Below are positions 50,721 to 60,183 of a stretch of DNA of 64,000 nt, piece by piece. The stretch's first letter is position 1; every line of letters begins with the position of its first letter. The notes under the pieces were generated by a model, which saw nothing but the letters and a program-made list of their open reading frames with translations, had not been told where the DNA came from and made no database searches. Made by a program: the position numbers and the translations under genes. Source of the stretch: Candidatus Bathyarchaeota archaeon (GTDB taxonomy: Archaea; Thermoproteota; Bathyarchaeia; Bathyarchaeales; Bathycorpusculaceae); the NCBI GenBank assembly GCA_963815095.1, contig CAWFFH010000003.1:832001-896000 (forward strand), given 5' to 3'.

Positions 50721-51989
50721 CTATTTATGACGTTTTCTACGCAAAACAACTCCGACCAAGGCTAATATTATAACAACTAATACTGCAGCTATTGCGTAGT
50801 AAACAATGTTAGGTATCGCTGAACTTGAATTGTTTGCTGTTTGCCCAATTGCGTAAAAGTTGCCATCATATGAGCCGAAGTAGGCAATTCCGTCAACTAT
50901 AGCAGGCGATGAATAGATGTTGTCACCTGTTTTGAAGCTCCAGATTAAGTCGCCTGTTTGGGCATTAAGAGCATATGTTGTGTTAGCTAAGGTGGAACTA
51001 ACATAGACTCTATCACCTATTATTGCGGGGGCTGAAGTTATTCCTGCATCCGCACTGTAAGTCCATTTTGTAGCGCCAGTAGCTGCATCTAGAGCATAGA
51101 CATTCTTGTCAAAAGCGCCTCCAGTGAAAATTACGCCGCCTGCAAAACCAGGCGAAGCCTGAACGCATTGATCATAACCTGTGGTTTTGCTCCAAACTAA
51201 AGCGCCAGTATCAGCATTTAAGGCATAGGTTTCGTTATCAAAACTTCCAATGTAAACATTGCCATCTGCTACAACTGGGGAGGAAGCCACAACGCTTCCG
51301 GTTGTGAAATTCCATTTCAAAACACCTGTTATAGCATCAACAGCGTAAACTTTGTGGTCGTACGAGCCAAAGTAAACTATGCCATTAGATACAGCTGGAC
51401 CAGAGGTAACATAGCCACCCGTTGTAAAATTCCAAATTGGCATGCCAAGCGCGTCATCAAAAGCGTACAGTTTGCCATCATTTGAACCCGCATACAGTAT
51501 ACCATTTGAAACTGTTGGAATGCCCTCTGCTTCCCCGTCAGTAATGCACTTCCAAAGATACGCACCTGTAGTTGCATTTAACGCGTAAATAGCATGGTCG
51601 TCGGACCCAAAAAATACCATACCGTCAGCAACAGCGGGAGAAGTATAAATTTTAGCGCCAACTGAATAATTCCAGATTTTTGAGCCATCTTTGGCATTCA
51701 ATGCATAAATGTCATTGTTTGAGACGCCGAAGTAGCCTTTGTCAGAAGAAGTAAAGTAAACTATTCCGTTGACGACTGCTGGAGATGATAATACCCAACC
51801 GTTTGTGTTGAAAACCCAAAGAGTTTGGTTAGTGCTGGGTCCCGTGGCGGCCGTGTAGCCTGTGTGGGCTGGATCTGAATGGAACATCGGCCAAGACTCT
51901 GCTTGTTGAGCGTTAACCTCTAATGAAACAGATACTATAACTGAGAGAAACAAAATTGCTAAAGTAATCGCTACCAAAAATTTTTTCAA
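50721..51989 (-). CDS. PQQ-like beta-propeller repeat surface protein
   Basis: WPMFHSDPAHTG; about 8 SSPAV..G.VY.GS.D..YAL.A.TG..W repeats; C-terminal TM. Confidence 0.9.
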   Translation of the reverse strand: MKKFLVAITLAILFLSVIVSVSLEVNAQQAESWPMFHSDPAHTGYTAATGPSTNQTLWVFNTNGWVLSSPAVVNGIVYFTSSDKGYFGVSNNDIYALNAKDGSKIWNYSVGAKIYTSPAVADGMVFFGSDDHAIYALNATTGAYLWKCITDGEAEGIPTVSNGILYAGSNDGKLYAFDDALGMPIWNFTTGGYVTSGPAVSNGIVYFGSYDHKVYAVDAITGVLKWNFTTGSVVASSPVVADGNVYIGSFDNETYALNADTGALVWSKTTGYDQCVQASPGFAGGVIFTGGAFDKNVYALDAATGATKWTYSADAGITSAPAIIGDRVYVSSTLANTTYALNAQTGDLIWSFKTGDNIYSSPAIVDGIAYFGSYDGNFYAIGQTANNSSSAIPNIVYYAIAAVLVVIILALVGVVLRRKRHK

Positions 51990-52173
51990 AATTATCCACC
52001 TTACTCCAGAATAAATAAGTCTTTTAACACTTATATTTTGTCCCTGAAACGTAAGGGTTTCTTTGTTTTTTAATTTTGGTTGTTGGGTAGATGCAATCAC
52101 ATATTTTTAATAAGCCTTCAATCGCTGAGATAATTGTTTTTAACTATCCAGTTTTATGCTGGAGGTGAAATGT

Positions 52174-52344
52174 TTGGCTAAAAAAAATGTTAAAGAAGAC
52201 CTTAAAAGAACAGCTCCACGTGTTACGGTTCCTGAGCCTGAAATGACTAAGGATAAAAAATTCAAATGCCCCATCGATCAGGAAGTTTATGACAATCGTA
52301 AAGATTACGAGTCACACTGCAAAGAAGAACATGATGTTCTATAA
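52174..52344 (+). CDS. Small C2H2-like zinc-finger protein
   Basis: FKCPID..Y..HCKEEH; GGAGGTGA RBS. Confidence 0.65.
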   Translation: MAKKNVKEDLKRTAPRVTVPEPEMTKDKKFKCPIDQEVYDNRKDYESHCKEEHDVL

Positions 52345-52404
52345 AACGGGCAAACTTGTTACTTGTGAAAGGAGAATAGGTAACTGTTGAAGCGTCGAAT
52401 GTTA

Positions 52405-52560
52405 CTATCGGATTGCTTCGTCTATTCTTTGGTCACGTTTTGTTCTTGTGACTTCTTTGAATAGTTCGAGGCATTCTTCTTTTGTTGGCGCTTCGATACC
52501 TATACTGCCATAAGCACCTATGTCGATTCTATATTTTCTTTTGTCGTCATTTTGGCTCAT
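52405..52560 (-). CDS. 51-aa hypothetical protein, absent from ORF track
   Basis: MSQNDDKRKYRIDIGAYGSIGIEAPTKEECLELFKEVTRTKRDQRIDEAIR; purine-rich RBS. Confidence 0.55.
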   Translation of the reverse strand: MSQNDDKRKYRIDIGAYGSIGIEAPTKEECLELFKEVTRTKRDQRIDEAIR

Positions 52561-52608
52561 ATTAGCCCCTCTCCCCTTTCAATAGAGTTTAATTATCTAT
52601 GTACACTA

Positions 52609-53391
52609 TTATAAGGTTAATCCATGTTCACTGAGTAATTCAAGGCTCTTTTTTGCATTAAAAACAACAAAAACCGAATTCCTCAAGTACCTGCCCATAA
52701 TACCGACCAATCCAGCAGCATTAGTGCCAAGTTTACATGTAAGGGCATGCTCAAACATGCCTAAAGTCTCAACCTCAAACACATCACGATTTAGGCGTGT
52801 CCGTTCAAGAACATTCTCGATCGTTTCCTTTGAGGCGCCCAAAATGATTAATCTGTCCAAAAGCGATTGCTGCCACAAATGAAGTTTCTCAGCTTGTTCT
52901 ACAGTCAACTCCGCCTGCAACTCTTCAACATCCTCAACGATTGCAGAAACTGCTTTGACACTCAACGGCGAGCGTTCAGCAAGTCCAAATATTTCTGCGA
53001 TTTTTTTCAAATCCAGTTTTCGTCCATTCGCCAATTGGGCCTGCAAACAAGACAAAGGCACAATTGCAAAAACTGTTTTAGGCTCAAAAATCCCAACATC
53101 CACAATCAACTCTTGCTTGTTTAAATCAAGTTTGGATATGTATCCCCTTAAAACAGGAAAGTTTTTGGCGTTTTCAAGGCTTGTGGGACAGGTGCCAATT
53201 TCCTTTTTGATATAGCTAGTAGCTATGGGTTCGTCTTCACCTGAAAGTGAAACCTGAACCCATCTGTTTGCTGAGGTGTTCAAAACCTGTACTTCGACAT
53301 CTAAATCTTCAAACTGGGTTCTAAGCAATTCATCTATTTGTTTTACTTGCCCAAGATTCGAAGCCTTAACTAGTAACGTTAACGTGGTCAT
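52609..53391 (-). CDS. DUF2110 family protein
   Basis: VSLSGEDE..A..I..EIG; CKLGTNAAG; usual position in tfe/HDIG cluster. Confidence 0.75.
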   Translation of the reverse strand: MTTLTLLVKASNLGQVKQIDELLRTQFEDLDVEVQVLNTSANRWVQVSLSGEDEPIATSYIKKEIGTCPTSLENAKNFPVLRGYISKLDLNKQELIVDVGIFEPKTVFAIVPLSCLQAQLANGRKLDLKKIAEIFGLAERSPLSVKAVSAIVEDVEELQAELTVEQAEKLHLWQQSLLDRLIILGASKETIENVLERTRLNRDVFEVETLGMFEHALTCKLGTNAAGLVGIMGRYLRNSVFVVFNAKKSLELLSEHGLTL

Positions 53392-53920
53392 GGTTTATGC
53401 CTAGTAAACTGGTTATTTCATCATACAGCCTTCTAACTCTTTCTGCAGCATCCACCTTATTTTCCTTTTCAAGCCGCTCAATCTCCTTTTCTATAGGGAC
53501 TCTTTTGGACCGGTCAATTAGTTTATCCGAGTAAGAAACAATTTTCTCTTCCAGAGTTTGAGGCACGTAGACGTCTATGGGCCAACCAAACTTAGCCGCT
53601 TCTTCTGGCGTGATTCCTGCACCAACATGCCGCTTAATTATCCTAATTACCAAATCAGGCAAACCCATGGATTGCCCTATTTGGGCACCGACTATTCCGT
53701 GATCGACCGTGTGGTTTTTTGAGCGACCAATGTCATGCAAAAGAGCACCTGCCTCCACAAGCTCAACGTTAATCTTAAGTCCATTCTTCTGAAGTTTATT
53801 TGCAGTTTCAACAGCTAAGTCTGCGACACCTATACAATGGTTAATGACATTGGGTGGACAATTGTTTTTGCGAAGGAGTTCAATAGCTTGCTCCCTATTC
53901 GGAAGCCCACTATTCACCAA
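53366..53920 (-). CDS. HDIG-domain protein (TIGR00295-like)
   Basis: LLHDIGRS, HVGAG, PQTLEEKIVSYSD. Confidence 0.9.
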   Translation of the reverse strand: MVNSGLPNREQAIELLRKNNCPPNVINHCIGVADLAVETANKLQKNGLKINVELVEAGALLHDIGRSKNHTVDHGIVGAQIGQSMGLPDLVIRIIKRHVGAGITPEEAAKFGWPIDVYVPQTLEEKIVSYSDKLIDRSKRVPIEKEIERLEKENKVDAAERVRRLYDEITSLLGINHDHVNVTS

Positions 53921-54422
53921 GTTCCTTCCTTAAGATCTCAACTTTCTCAGAAAGTTTATCAATCATTCGCTCGTTTGCAAAATGCACCAGGTTTTTGCCG
54001 CATGTGGAACAGTGAAAAACCAATTCAACCGCTTCTTCAAAGGGAACCCGTTTGCATTCGGGGCTATCACAGTAGTAGAAATCATGGTTTTTTTCGTATT
54101 CTAACCTGACATTGAGTTTTTCTAAAACACGCCTTTTCTGACTTAAAATAAAACCTTCCAACTGGTCGGGTTGAAGTTTCCAGTGAAAAATAAACCATCC
54201 AGTTTTTGGATCTCGAGTCCTTCTTAGGCTTACAAGAGAGTGATCATAGAGTTTGTAGAGGATTTTGCGGACTGAATTGAGGCGGATACCTGTTTTATTC
54301 GCGATTTCATCATCCGTTATCTCTTCCACGCCTTTTAAGTGAGCTATAAGTTGAACTGCTTCTTCTCCCCCTAACGCCAATGCTACTTTCGTTAGGGTTG
54401 AATCATCAATAGTCGATAACAT
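53910..54422 (-). CDS. tfe: Transcription factor E (TFE alpha)
   Basis: TDDEIA..VRKILYKLYD..RD..TGW; Zn ribbon C..FEEA..F.C..CG. Confidence 0.93.
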   Translation of the reverse strand: MLSTIDDSTLTKVALALGGEEAVQLIAHLKGVEEITDDEIANKTGIRLNSVRKILYKLYDHSLVSLRRTRDPKTGWFIFHWKLQPDQLEGFILSQKRRVLEKLNVRLEYEKNHDFYYCDSPECKRVPFEEAVELVFHCSTCGKNLVHFANERMIDKLSEKVEILRKELGE

Positions 54423-54488
54423 ACTCTAATGTTCCTTTTGAATACCCTAATAATTGAAACTTGAGGTAATAAAACCCTTCCCAAAACA

Positions 54489-55085
54489 TTAAGGAAAATC
54501 AATGTCGTTCTCATGACTTCTGATTTCTTTACCCCTCGCTTTAGGGACAATTTCAATTTTAGCTTTCTCGAAAGGTTTACCTAATTCTTTGCCTCCAAAG
54601 TAACGGTCCAAAAAAATAGCAAGAGAAGAACACTCCGAATGCGGCTGATTCCCAACAGCTACGTTAAAGTCTGAGACTTCATTTGAATAAAACTCTCCCG
54701 GAACCTTCTGACTACCGACAAGAAGCATCACACATTTGTTGACTGCCTTTATTCGGTTCATAACGTCGCTTGTTTGGATGTTTTCACCGTAAGCAGTTAA
54801 ATGCACAATGATGCCGCCTTTAGTTTTCCATTCGCGGACGGCTCTTTTCCAAGGGGTTCCCATTTCAAAGCGAAAGTTTCCTCCCCAGGCTTTAGTGATT
54901 TTAGTTACGGTTTCTTCAATGTGTGAATCAAGTGTATCTGAGAGTATGAAACCTGAAGCACAAAGAGCCCTCGCCGTTAAAGCAACATGTGTTGTTAACC
55001 TTACGTCACGTTGCGGTCTATGTCCCCAGCGCAGCACAAAAATCTGGGGTGCGTCAATTGGTTGGGATGATTTGGAATTTTCCAT
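54489..55085 (-). CDS. trm56: tRNA (cytidine56-2'-O)-methyltransferase
   Basis: GHRPQRD.R.TTHVALTARA, VHLTAYG, KVP, NQPHSE. Confidence 0.95.
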   Translation of the reverse strand: MENSKSSQPIDAPQIFVLRWGHRPQRDVRLTTHVALTARALCASGFILSDTLDSHIEETVTKITKAWGGNFRFEMGTPWKRAVREWKTKGGIIVHLTAYGENIQTSDVMNRIKAVNKCVMLLVGSQKVPGEFYSNEVSDFNVAVGNQPHSECSSLAIFLDRYFGGKELGKPFEKAKIEIVPKARGKEIRSHENDIDFP

Positions 55086-56296
55086 TTAAGTCTTCCACTT
55101 TTCTTCTTACTTGGTCAATCAATGCTGGGGCAGATTCGAAAATCACTTCAACTGTCTCATTGGTGAAGGTTTCTTTTTCGATATGTGTTTTTTGATGAAC
55201 CCACGAAATAAATGGCATAGCTTTACCTGTTAAGGGGACAGAAAACTGGGCTCGCTGAAAGTTTTCTAGGATTCGCAAGATTTGTTTTCGCAGTTCGTCA
55301 AGGTTTGTTTTGCACTTTGCGGATAATAGGATCGGATTTTTGACTTTGTCTTTTAGAGCTTCGAGTTTTTGCTGCATTTCTTCTTCGGTCAACTTGTCAA
55401 TCTTGTTTAGAGCAGTAATAGTTGGAATGCCACATGCTCCAAGCCGCTCGATTGTGTCTAAGCAAACGTTGTTTTTATTCTCGATTGTTTCAAGGGGCTC
55501 GTTTAAGTCTATAAGTATTATAATCAAATCGGAAAAGATGGTTTCTTCAAGTGTTGAATGGAAAGCTTCAATCAACGATATAGGTAAACGGTCAATGAAG
55601 CCCACGGTATCAGTTATGAGGAATTTGCGGTTCGAAAACTCTACCATACGTGTCGTGGTCGAAAGCGTAGTAAATAATGCATTATCCACTTCAACGGTGT
55701 CCTGCGTTAATGCATTGAAGAGGGAGCTTTTTCCAGAATTTGTGTATCCTGCAAGCGAAACAGTGAGAAAACCCAGCTCCGTCCTCCTTTCACGTTGAAG
55801 AACCCTTTTTTCCCGCACGTGCTCGAGTTTTTTGAGGATAGTTTGAACTTGCCTTTTGATGGCGTCACGATAAACATCTGCTTCGTAAGCGCCAAGACCC
55901 ATAAACCCAGGTTGCTCACTTCCTTTGGAAAGTCGCACTTTTTCTCTTGCGTGTTTGAGTTCGTTTCGTACTATGGCAAGCTGAATTTGTAGCTGAGCTT
56001 CAGTTGTAGTGGCTCGTTTCGTAAAGATTTCTAAGTATGAGTTGGAAGCGATCTATGACCTCAACTTTTGTTGCTTTTGCAAGGTTGTAGACTTGAGTTG
56101 TGCGTAGTTGGTTGTCAAAAATTACTTTGCTCGCATCCGTTTCCTGAACCATTCGAGCAAGTTCCTCGACTTTTCCCGCGCCAATCTGGTAGCGTGAGTC
56201 AGGCGGACGGGTTTGCTCCATTGAGCCTACAACCGTGTATCCTGCAGCTTGCGCTAATGCTTTGAGTTCCTCTAAGGTTGATTCTTCACGGTTCAA
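55054..56296 (-). pseudogene. hflX: GTPase HflX split by a +1 frameshift near 56034
   Basis: N-part IGAGK..VIDRFQLIL; +1 frame continues LEIFTKRA..QLA..GYTNSGKSSL, DTVGFI, NKID. Confidence 0.88.
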
Positions 56297-56307
56297 CCTG
56301 CGCTGAG

Positions 56308-56877
56308 CTATGATGGCTTTCGTTTTATGGGCGCCTCCCCGCTTTTCTCATCAAACTCGACGAGGTCCCCTAAAGTCATCTCTTCACTCGCTACTCTACC
56401 GATATGGGCGTTTGCTTTTTCTTCAGCGATAGGAACCATCAATTGAATTCTCAGAGCATGCTCCAATTTAGAAGCTAATTGGTTATTGGGTCCCACTTTG
56501 CCAGTTTCGATATGTCTGAGCAATGAGGCTTTTTCGTTAATTTTTTTGCCCAAATCCTCATGGCTTAAAGCAAGTTTTTCTCTTGCAACTCTAATTTTGC
56601 CTGCGTACCCTTCGACGAGCTCTGTGGTTAATTGTACTTGGGCAACTGGTGGTTTTCTTTGGATAACTGGTAAATGCACGTACGATTTGGTGGAGGATGA
56701 GGCTGCCGATGGGTGCACAGTTTGAGATTTCGGCGGAGCAAACGGTAGGTCATGTTCTTCGTGGATAATTACTCTTCCATGTTTGGAGCATTCTAAACAT
56801 ACGGTTAGTTTGGCTCCTTCAATAACTGCCCGAACTGGTTCATCATGGATTTTGCGTCCACAAACTTCACATCTCAA
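56308..56877 (-). CDS. mbf1: Archaeal multiprotein bridging factor aMBF1
   Basis: CEVCG..IEGAKLTVC..C; ELVEGY..IR.ARE..HTH; TLGD. Confidence 0.9.
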   Translation of the reverse strand: MRCEVCGRKIHDEPVRAVIEGAKLTVCLECSKHGRVIIHEEHDLPFAPPKSQTVHPSAASSSTKSYVHLPVIQRKPPVAQVQLTTELVEGYAGKIRVAREKLALSHEDLGKKINEKASLLRHIETGKVGPNNQLASKLEHALRIQLMVPIAEEKANAHIGRVASEEMTLGDLVEFDEKSGEAPIKRKPS

Positions 56878-56958
56878 GAAACATTCACCTTTCACTGTGT
56901 TTATTATGTTGTTGTGTTTATACTTGTCGAAACGACACACCCCAAACGATGATGACGC

Positions 56959-57426
56959 ATGGAAAACAACCTGAGCAAAATTAGGAGTATTGCTGATTAC
57001 CAATTCGGCAAAGGCGTAGGCGCACTACTATTTCCGGATAACATCGAAATCCAGTATTCTCCGCGGACAGGCAGAATACGATACATTAACTTAAACGGCG
57101 AACGATTGGCCACCCTACGTCCAACGGATGGTGTGCTTTCCTTGAGCCTTAAAGCCGCCCAATTTATGGCTAAGAGTACACCTTTTGCTAAATGTTTCGT
57201 AACCGTACAAAACGAGGTTTCCAAGTTCATTGCCGCTGGAGGAGATGTTTTTGCAGTCCACGTCGTTAAAGTCGATGCGGAAGTTGGCGCCAAAGATGAG
57301 GTCATTACACTTGACGAAGATGGGCAAGTTCTGGCCGTTGGACGCACAGTTCTATCCAGTGATGAAATCAAAGCTTTCAAAACCGGCGTAGCTGTCAAGG
57401 TCAGACACGGCACTCAAGAAAGTTAA
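56959..57426 (+). CDS. PUA-domain RNA-binding protein (arcTGT C-terminal-like)
   Basis: IADYQFG.G, S..TGRIR, G.DVFA.HV, GVAVKVR. Confidence 0.85.
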   Translation: MENNLSKIRSIADYQFGKGVGALLFPDNIEIQYSPRTGRIRYINLNGERLATLRPTDGVLSLSLKAAQFMAKSTPFAKCFVTVQNEVSKFIAAGGDVFAVHVVKVDAEVGAKDEVITLDEDGQVLAVGRTVLSSDEIKAFKTGVAVKVRHGTQES

Positions 57427-57468
57427 GTATATCAAGTTCTAGCGCAGAATACTTGTTGGTGCAACTAT

Positions 57469-57834
57469 ATGAATAGACACATGAATCCTCGAGAGCAAAA
57501 ACGCATGATGCAACGCATGGGAATGAACATGGACTCAGTCCCCGACGTTCAACAAGTCATCATCCGAACCAACACCAAAGACATCGTTATCGATGAACCT
57601 GAAGTGGCGATTTTGCAGGTTCAGGGACAAAAAATGTACCAAATCATAGGCGGCCAAGTCAGCGAACAAGCACCCTCACAGCGAGACGCAACTGCAGCTA
57701 CGGCACCAATGTTTTCCCAAGAAGACGTACAGTTAGTGTCTGACCAAACAGGCAAGAGCTTAGAAAAAGCAAAAGAAGCACTCCAAGAATGTGGCGGCGA
57801 CCTAGCAAAAGCCATTTTGCTGCTTCAATCTTAA
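57469..57834 (+). CDS. nac: Nascent polypeptide-associated complex protein
   Basis: MNPR..RMMQRMG, YQI.G, EDV.LV..Q, GDLA.AI. Confidence 0.93.
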   Translation: MNRHMNPREQKRMMQRMGMNMDSVPDVQQVIIRTNTKDIVIDEPEVAILQVQGQKMYQIIGGQVSEQAPSQRDATAATAPMFSQEDVQLVSDQTGKSLEKAKEALQECGGDLAKAILLLQS

Positions 57835-58326
57835 TCACTTTTCTATATATTTTAATTTTATTTTAATCTAAGAAGTCAAAATTGGATCTTATCTGTAACA
57901 AATTAAGGGGCAAAAACATTATGTTAAGCGACTTTAGCCGTGCGCTAACATCCAATAGGACGCAAAAGCCTTCCGAAACGTCTTATTTGCGTTAGCAGCC
58001 AAACTCGCTCAACAATTGTTGGCTCTTTAGCTTTCCTTGTTTTATTATGTTAGGTTCGTTAATAATATAAAATGATGTTGTCACAACTATGAACCAACAA
58101 TTGTCAAGGCTATTGCTTTAACCAAACCTTCACTTGCCCTTAGGCGTCGGTTGGGTGCTGAGGTTTAGAAATTTTATATTCAATATTAAATCGTGGTTGT
58201 ATCCCGATCTTTAATTTTCATGGAAGAATACCGTAGGGGCCATATTACCGAAAAAGCAGCGCGTTAACCTGTCTAAAATTTAGTTACAATAAGAGAGGAA
58301 AATAGGTCTCTTTGTGAGAAGCCTAC

Positions 58327-59673
58327 TTATCGCAGTTTCATTAGCACCATTTCAGCCGCGAGTACCATGGGTTCCCATGTTTCGCAGAGCGGGGGCGCAT
58401 ATGCTGTATCAGCTTTGGCTAATTCGCGTACAGTCATGCCTTTTTGAATGGCAAAGCTCAGGCAGTTTATGCGTTGGGTAACTTCTTCTCCGCCTATGAC
58501 TTGTCCGCCGATGATGCGTTGAGATTCTTTTTCTACGACGAGTTTGATTTTTATGGGTTTGGCGCCTGGGAAGTAGTCTGCTTTGGTTTTGCTACTTATT
58601 GCCCCTGTTACAACTTCAATGCGGTTGCGTGCTGCGGCTGTTTCAGTTAAGCCAGTATTACCCGCTTGAATCTCAAACAGCATTGTTACCGCAGAAGCCA
58701 AAACGCCGCTAAACTGCGAGTAATCGCCTCCAGCATTTGCACCTGCCACTTTACCCTGGCGGACTGCAATGGTTCCGAGTTGGGCACAGGTGGGTTTGTG
58801 GGTGATAATGTTTGGAGCTTCAGCACAGTCGCCCACAGCATAAATGTCTTTTATGTCGGTTTCCATTCTGCCGTTAGTTTTAATCGCGCGGGTTTCGCCT
58901 AAAGGTATACCTGCGTCAGCGGCAAGCTTCGTGTTGGCGCGTACACCGAAGGCACTTATGAATAAGTCAGCCTCAATTTTTTCGCCACCTGCCATAACCG
59001 CAGTTACTTTTTCTTCGCCTAGGAATTCTTCGACACCCTTGCTGGTGAGGATAATCATGCCTTTTTCTTGCAGGTGCTCTTGGACCATCTTTGCCATATC
59101 CGCGTCGAGTAACTGAGGCAAAATCTGCGGCAACATTTCAACGATGGTAACTTTAAGTCCTCTCTCCATTAAGCCAACGCCGACTTCCAAACCGATTAAG
59201 CCTGCACCCATGATTACGGCTGATTTTGCGCCTGCTTTAACAGCTGCATCAATTTTTTCGCCATCTTCTATGCCCCGGAGAGATAAAATTCCTGGCTTTT
59301 CTTTGCCTTTAATTGGCGGCATAAAGGAGTCTGCACCCGTAGCAATTACAAGGCTGTCGAAAGTCAACACTTCAGTTGATCCTTCCTTAGTGGCTACAGT
59401 TACGGTTTTCTCTTTGGTGTTAATTGCTGTAGCTTTAGTTTCGTTGCGCAAGTTGAGTTTGAGCATTTGGAAGTATGCTGGTGGGTAAACAATTAGGTCT
59501 TTAAAATTTGCAATCTGTCCGCCAATCACGAAGGGCAAACCGCATCGGGAGTAGCCTGCGTTTTTCTCGCTAGTTATGAGGGTGATTTCTGCGGTTCGGT
59601 CTTTTTTGCGTGCGGCTGAGGCTGCTTCTACGCCTGCAGCGTTAGCGCCTATAACGATTACGCGTCGCGCCAT
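58327..59673 (-). CDS. FAD-dependent pyridine nucleotide-disulfide oxidoreductase (Nox/CoA-disulfide reductase family)
   Basis: IGANAAG, single-Cys YSRCGLP, ATG, GAGLIGLE, YAVGDC, YAPP. Confidence 0.9.
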   Translation of the reverse strand: MARRVIVIGANAAGVEAASAARKKDRTAEITLITSEKNAGYSRCGLPFVIGGQIANFKDLIVYPPAYFQMLKLNLRNETKATAINTKEKTVTVATKEGSTEVLTFDSLVIATGADSFMPPIKGKEKPGILSLRGIEDGEKIDAAVKAGAKSAVIMGAGLIGLEVGVGLMERGLKVTIVEMLPQILPQLLDADMAKMVQEHLQEKGMIILTSKGVEEFLGEEKVTAVMAGGEKIEADLFISAFGVRANTKLAADAGIPLGETRAIKTNGRMETDIKDIYAVGDCAEAPNIITHKPTCAQLGTIAVRQGKVAGANAGGDYSQFSGVLASAVTMLFEIQAGNTGLTETAAARNRIEVVTGAISSKTKADYFPGAKPIKIKLVVEKESQRIIGGQVIGGEEVTQRINCLSFAIQKGMTVRELAKADTAYAPPLCETWEPMVLAAEMVLMKLR

Positions 59674-59685
59674 CTATTTCGCCTC

Positions 59686-60102
59686 TTACTTAGATTGTGC
59701 TTGAGCTTTATGCCACTCTACGGATTTGTCAAAATCCATAAGGTTAGCTAATTCAGCTTGTAGGTTTGAAGGTTTAACAACGATTAACCAGCCTTTCACA
59801 TATGGATCTTCGTTGAGTGTTTCTGGTTTTGATTGGACTTCATCGTTGACTTCTTGAATAGTTCCGCTAACGGCTGCAACAAGGTCGGAGACAGCTTTCA
59901 CAGATTCAAGTGTTCCATATGGCTCACCCTGTTTAACTTCAGAGCCAACACTTGGCAATTCAGCATAAACGATTTCCCGCAGCGACTTCTGAGCGTAGTC
60001 GGTTATGCCCATGCGGATTTTGTCGCCTTCGATTTTTATCCATTCAAAATCTTTAGAATAATAGAGGCCTTCAGGCACTTCGTATGCTTCAACTTTTACC
60101 AT
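59686..60102 (-). CDS. gcvH: Glycine cleavage H-protein-like lipoyl carrier
   Basis: GITDYAQ, ESVKAVSD lipoyl-Lys, NEDPY..GW. Confidence 0.93.
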   Translation of the reverse strand: MVKVEAYEVPEGLYYSKDFEWIKIEGDKIRMGITDYAQKSLREIVYAELPSVGSEVKQGEPYGTLESVKAVSDLVAAVSGTIQEVNDEVQSKPETLNEDPYVKGWLIVVKPSNLQAELANLMDFDKSVEWHKAQAQSK

Positions 60103-60183
60103 GCACTTGAACCTTCTTTAATTTACAATAGTATCCAGAATAGAATCATACATAAAAGGATTAATGAAAAGAAAAAAAGGTTT

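Noticed and set aside
52609-57834. DUF2110-HDIG-tfe-trm56-hflX-mbf1-PUA-nac cluster
   Set aside because: Known conserved archaeal housekeeping neighbourhood
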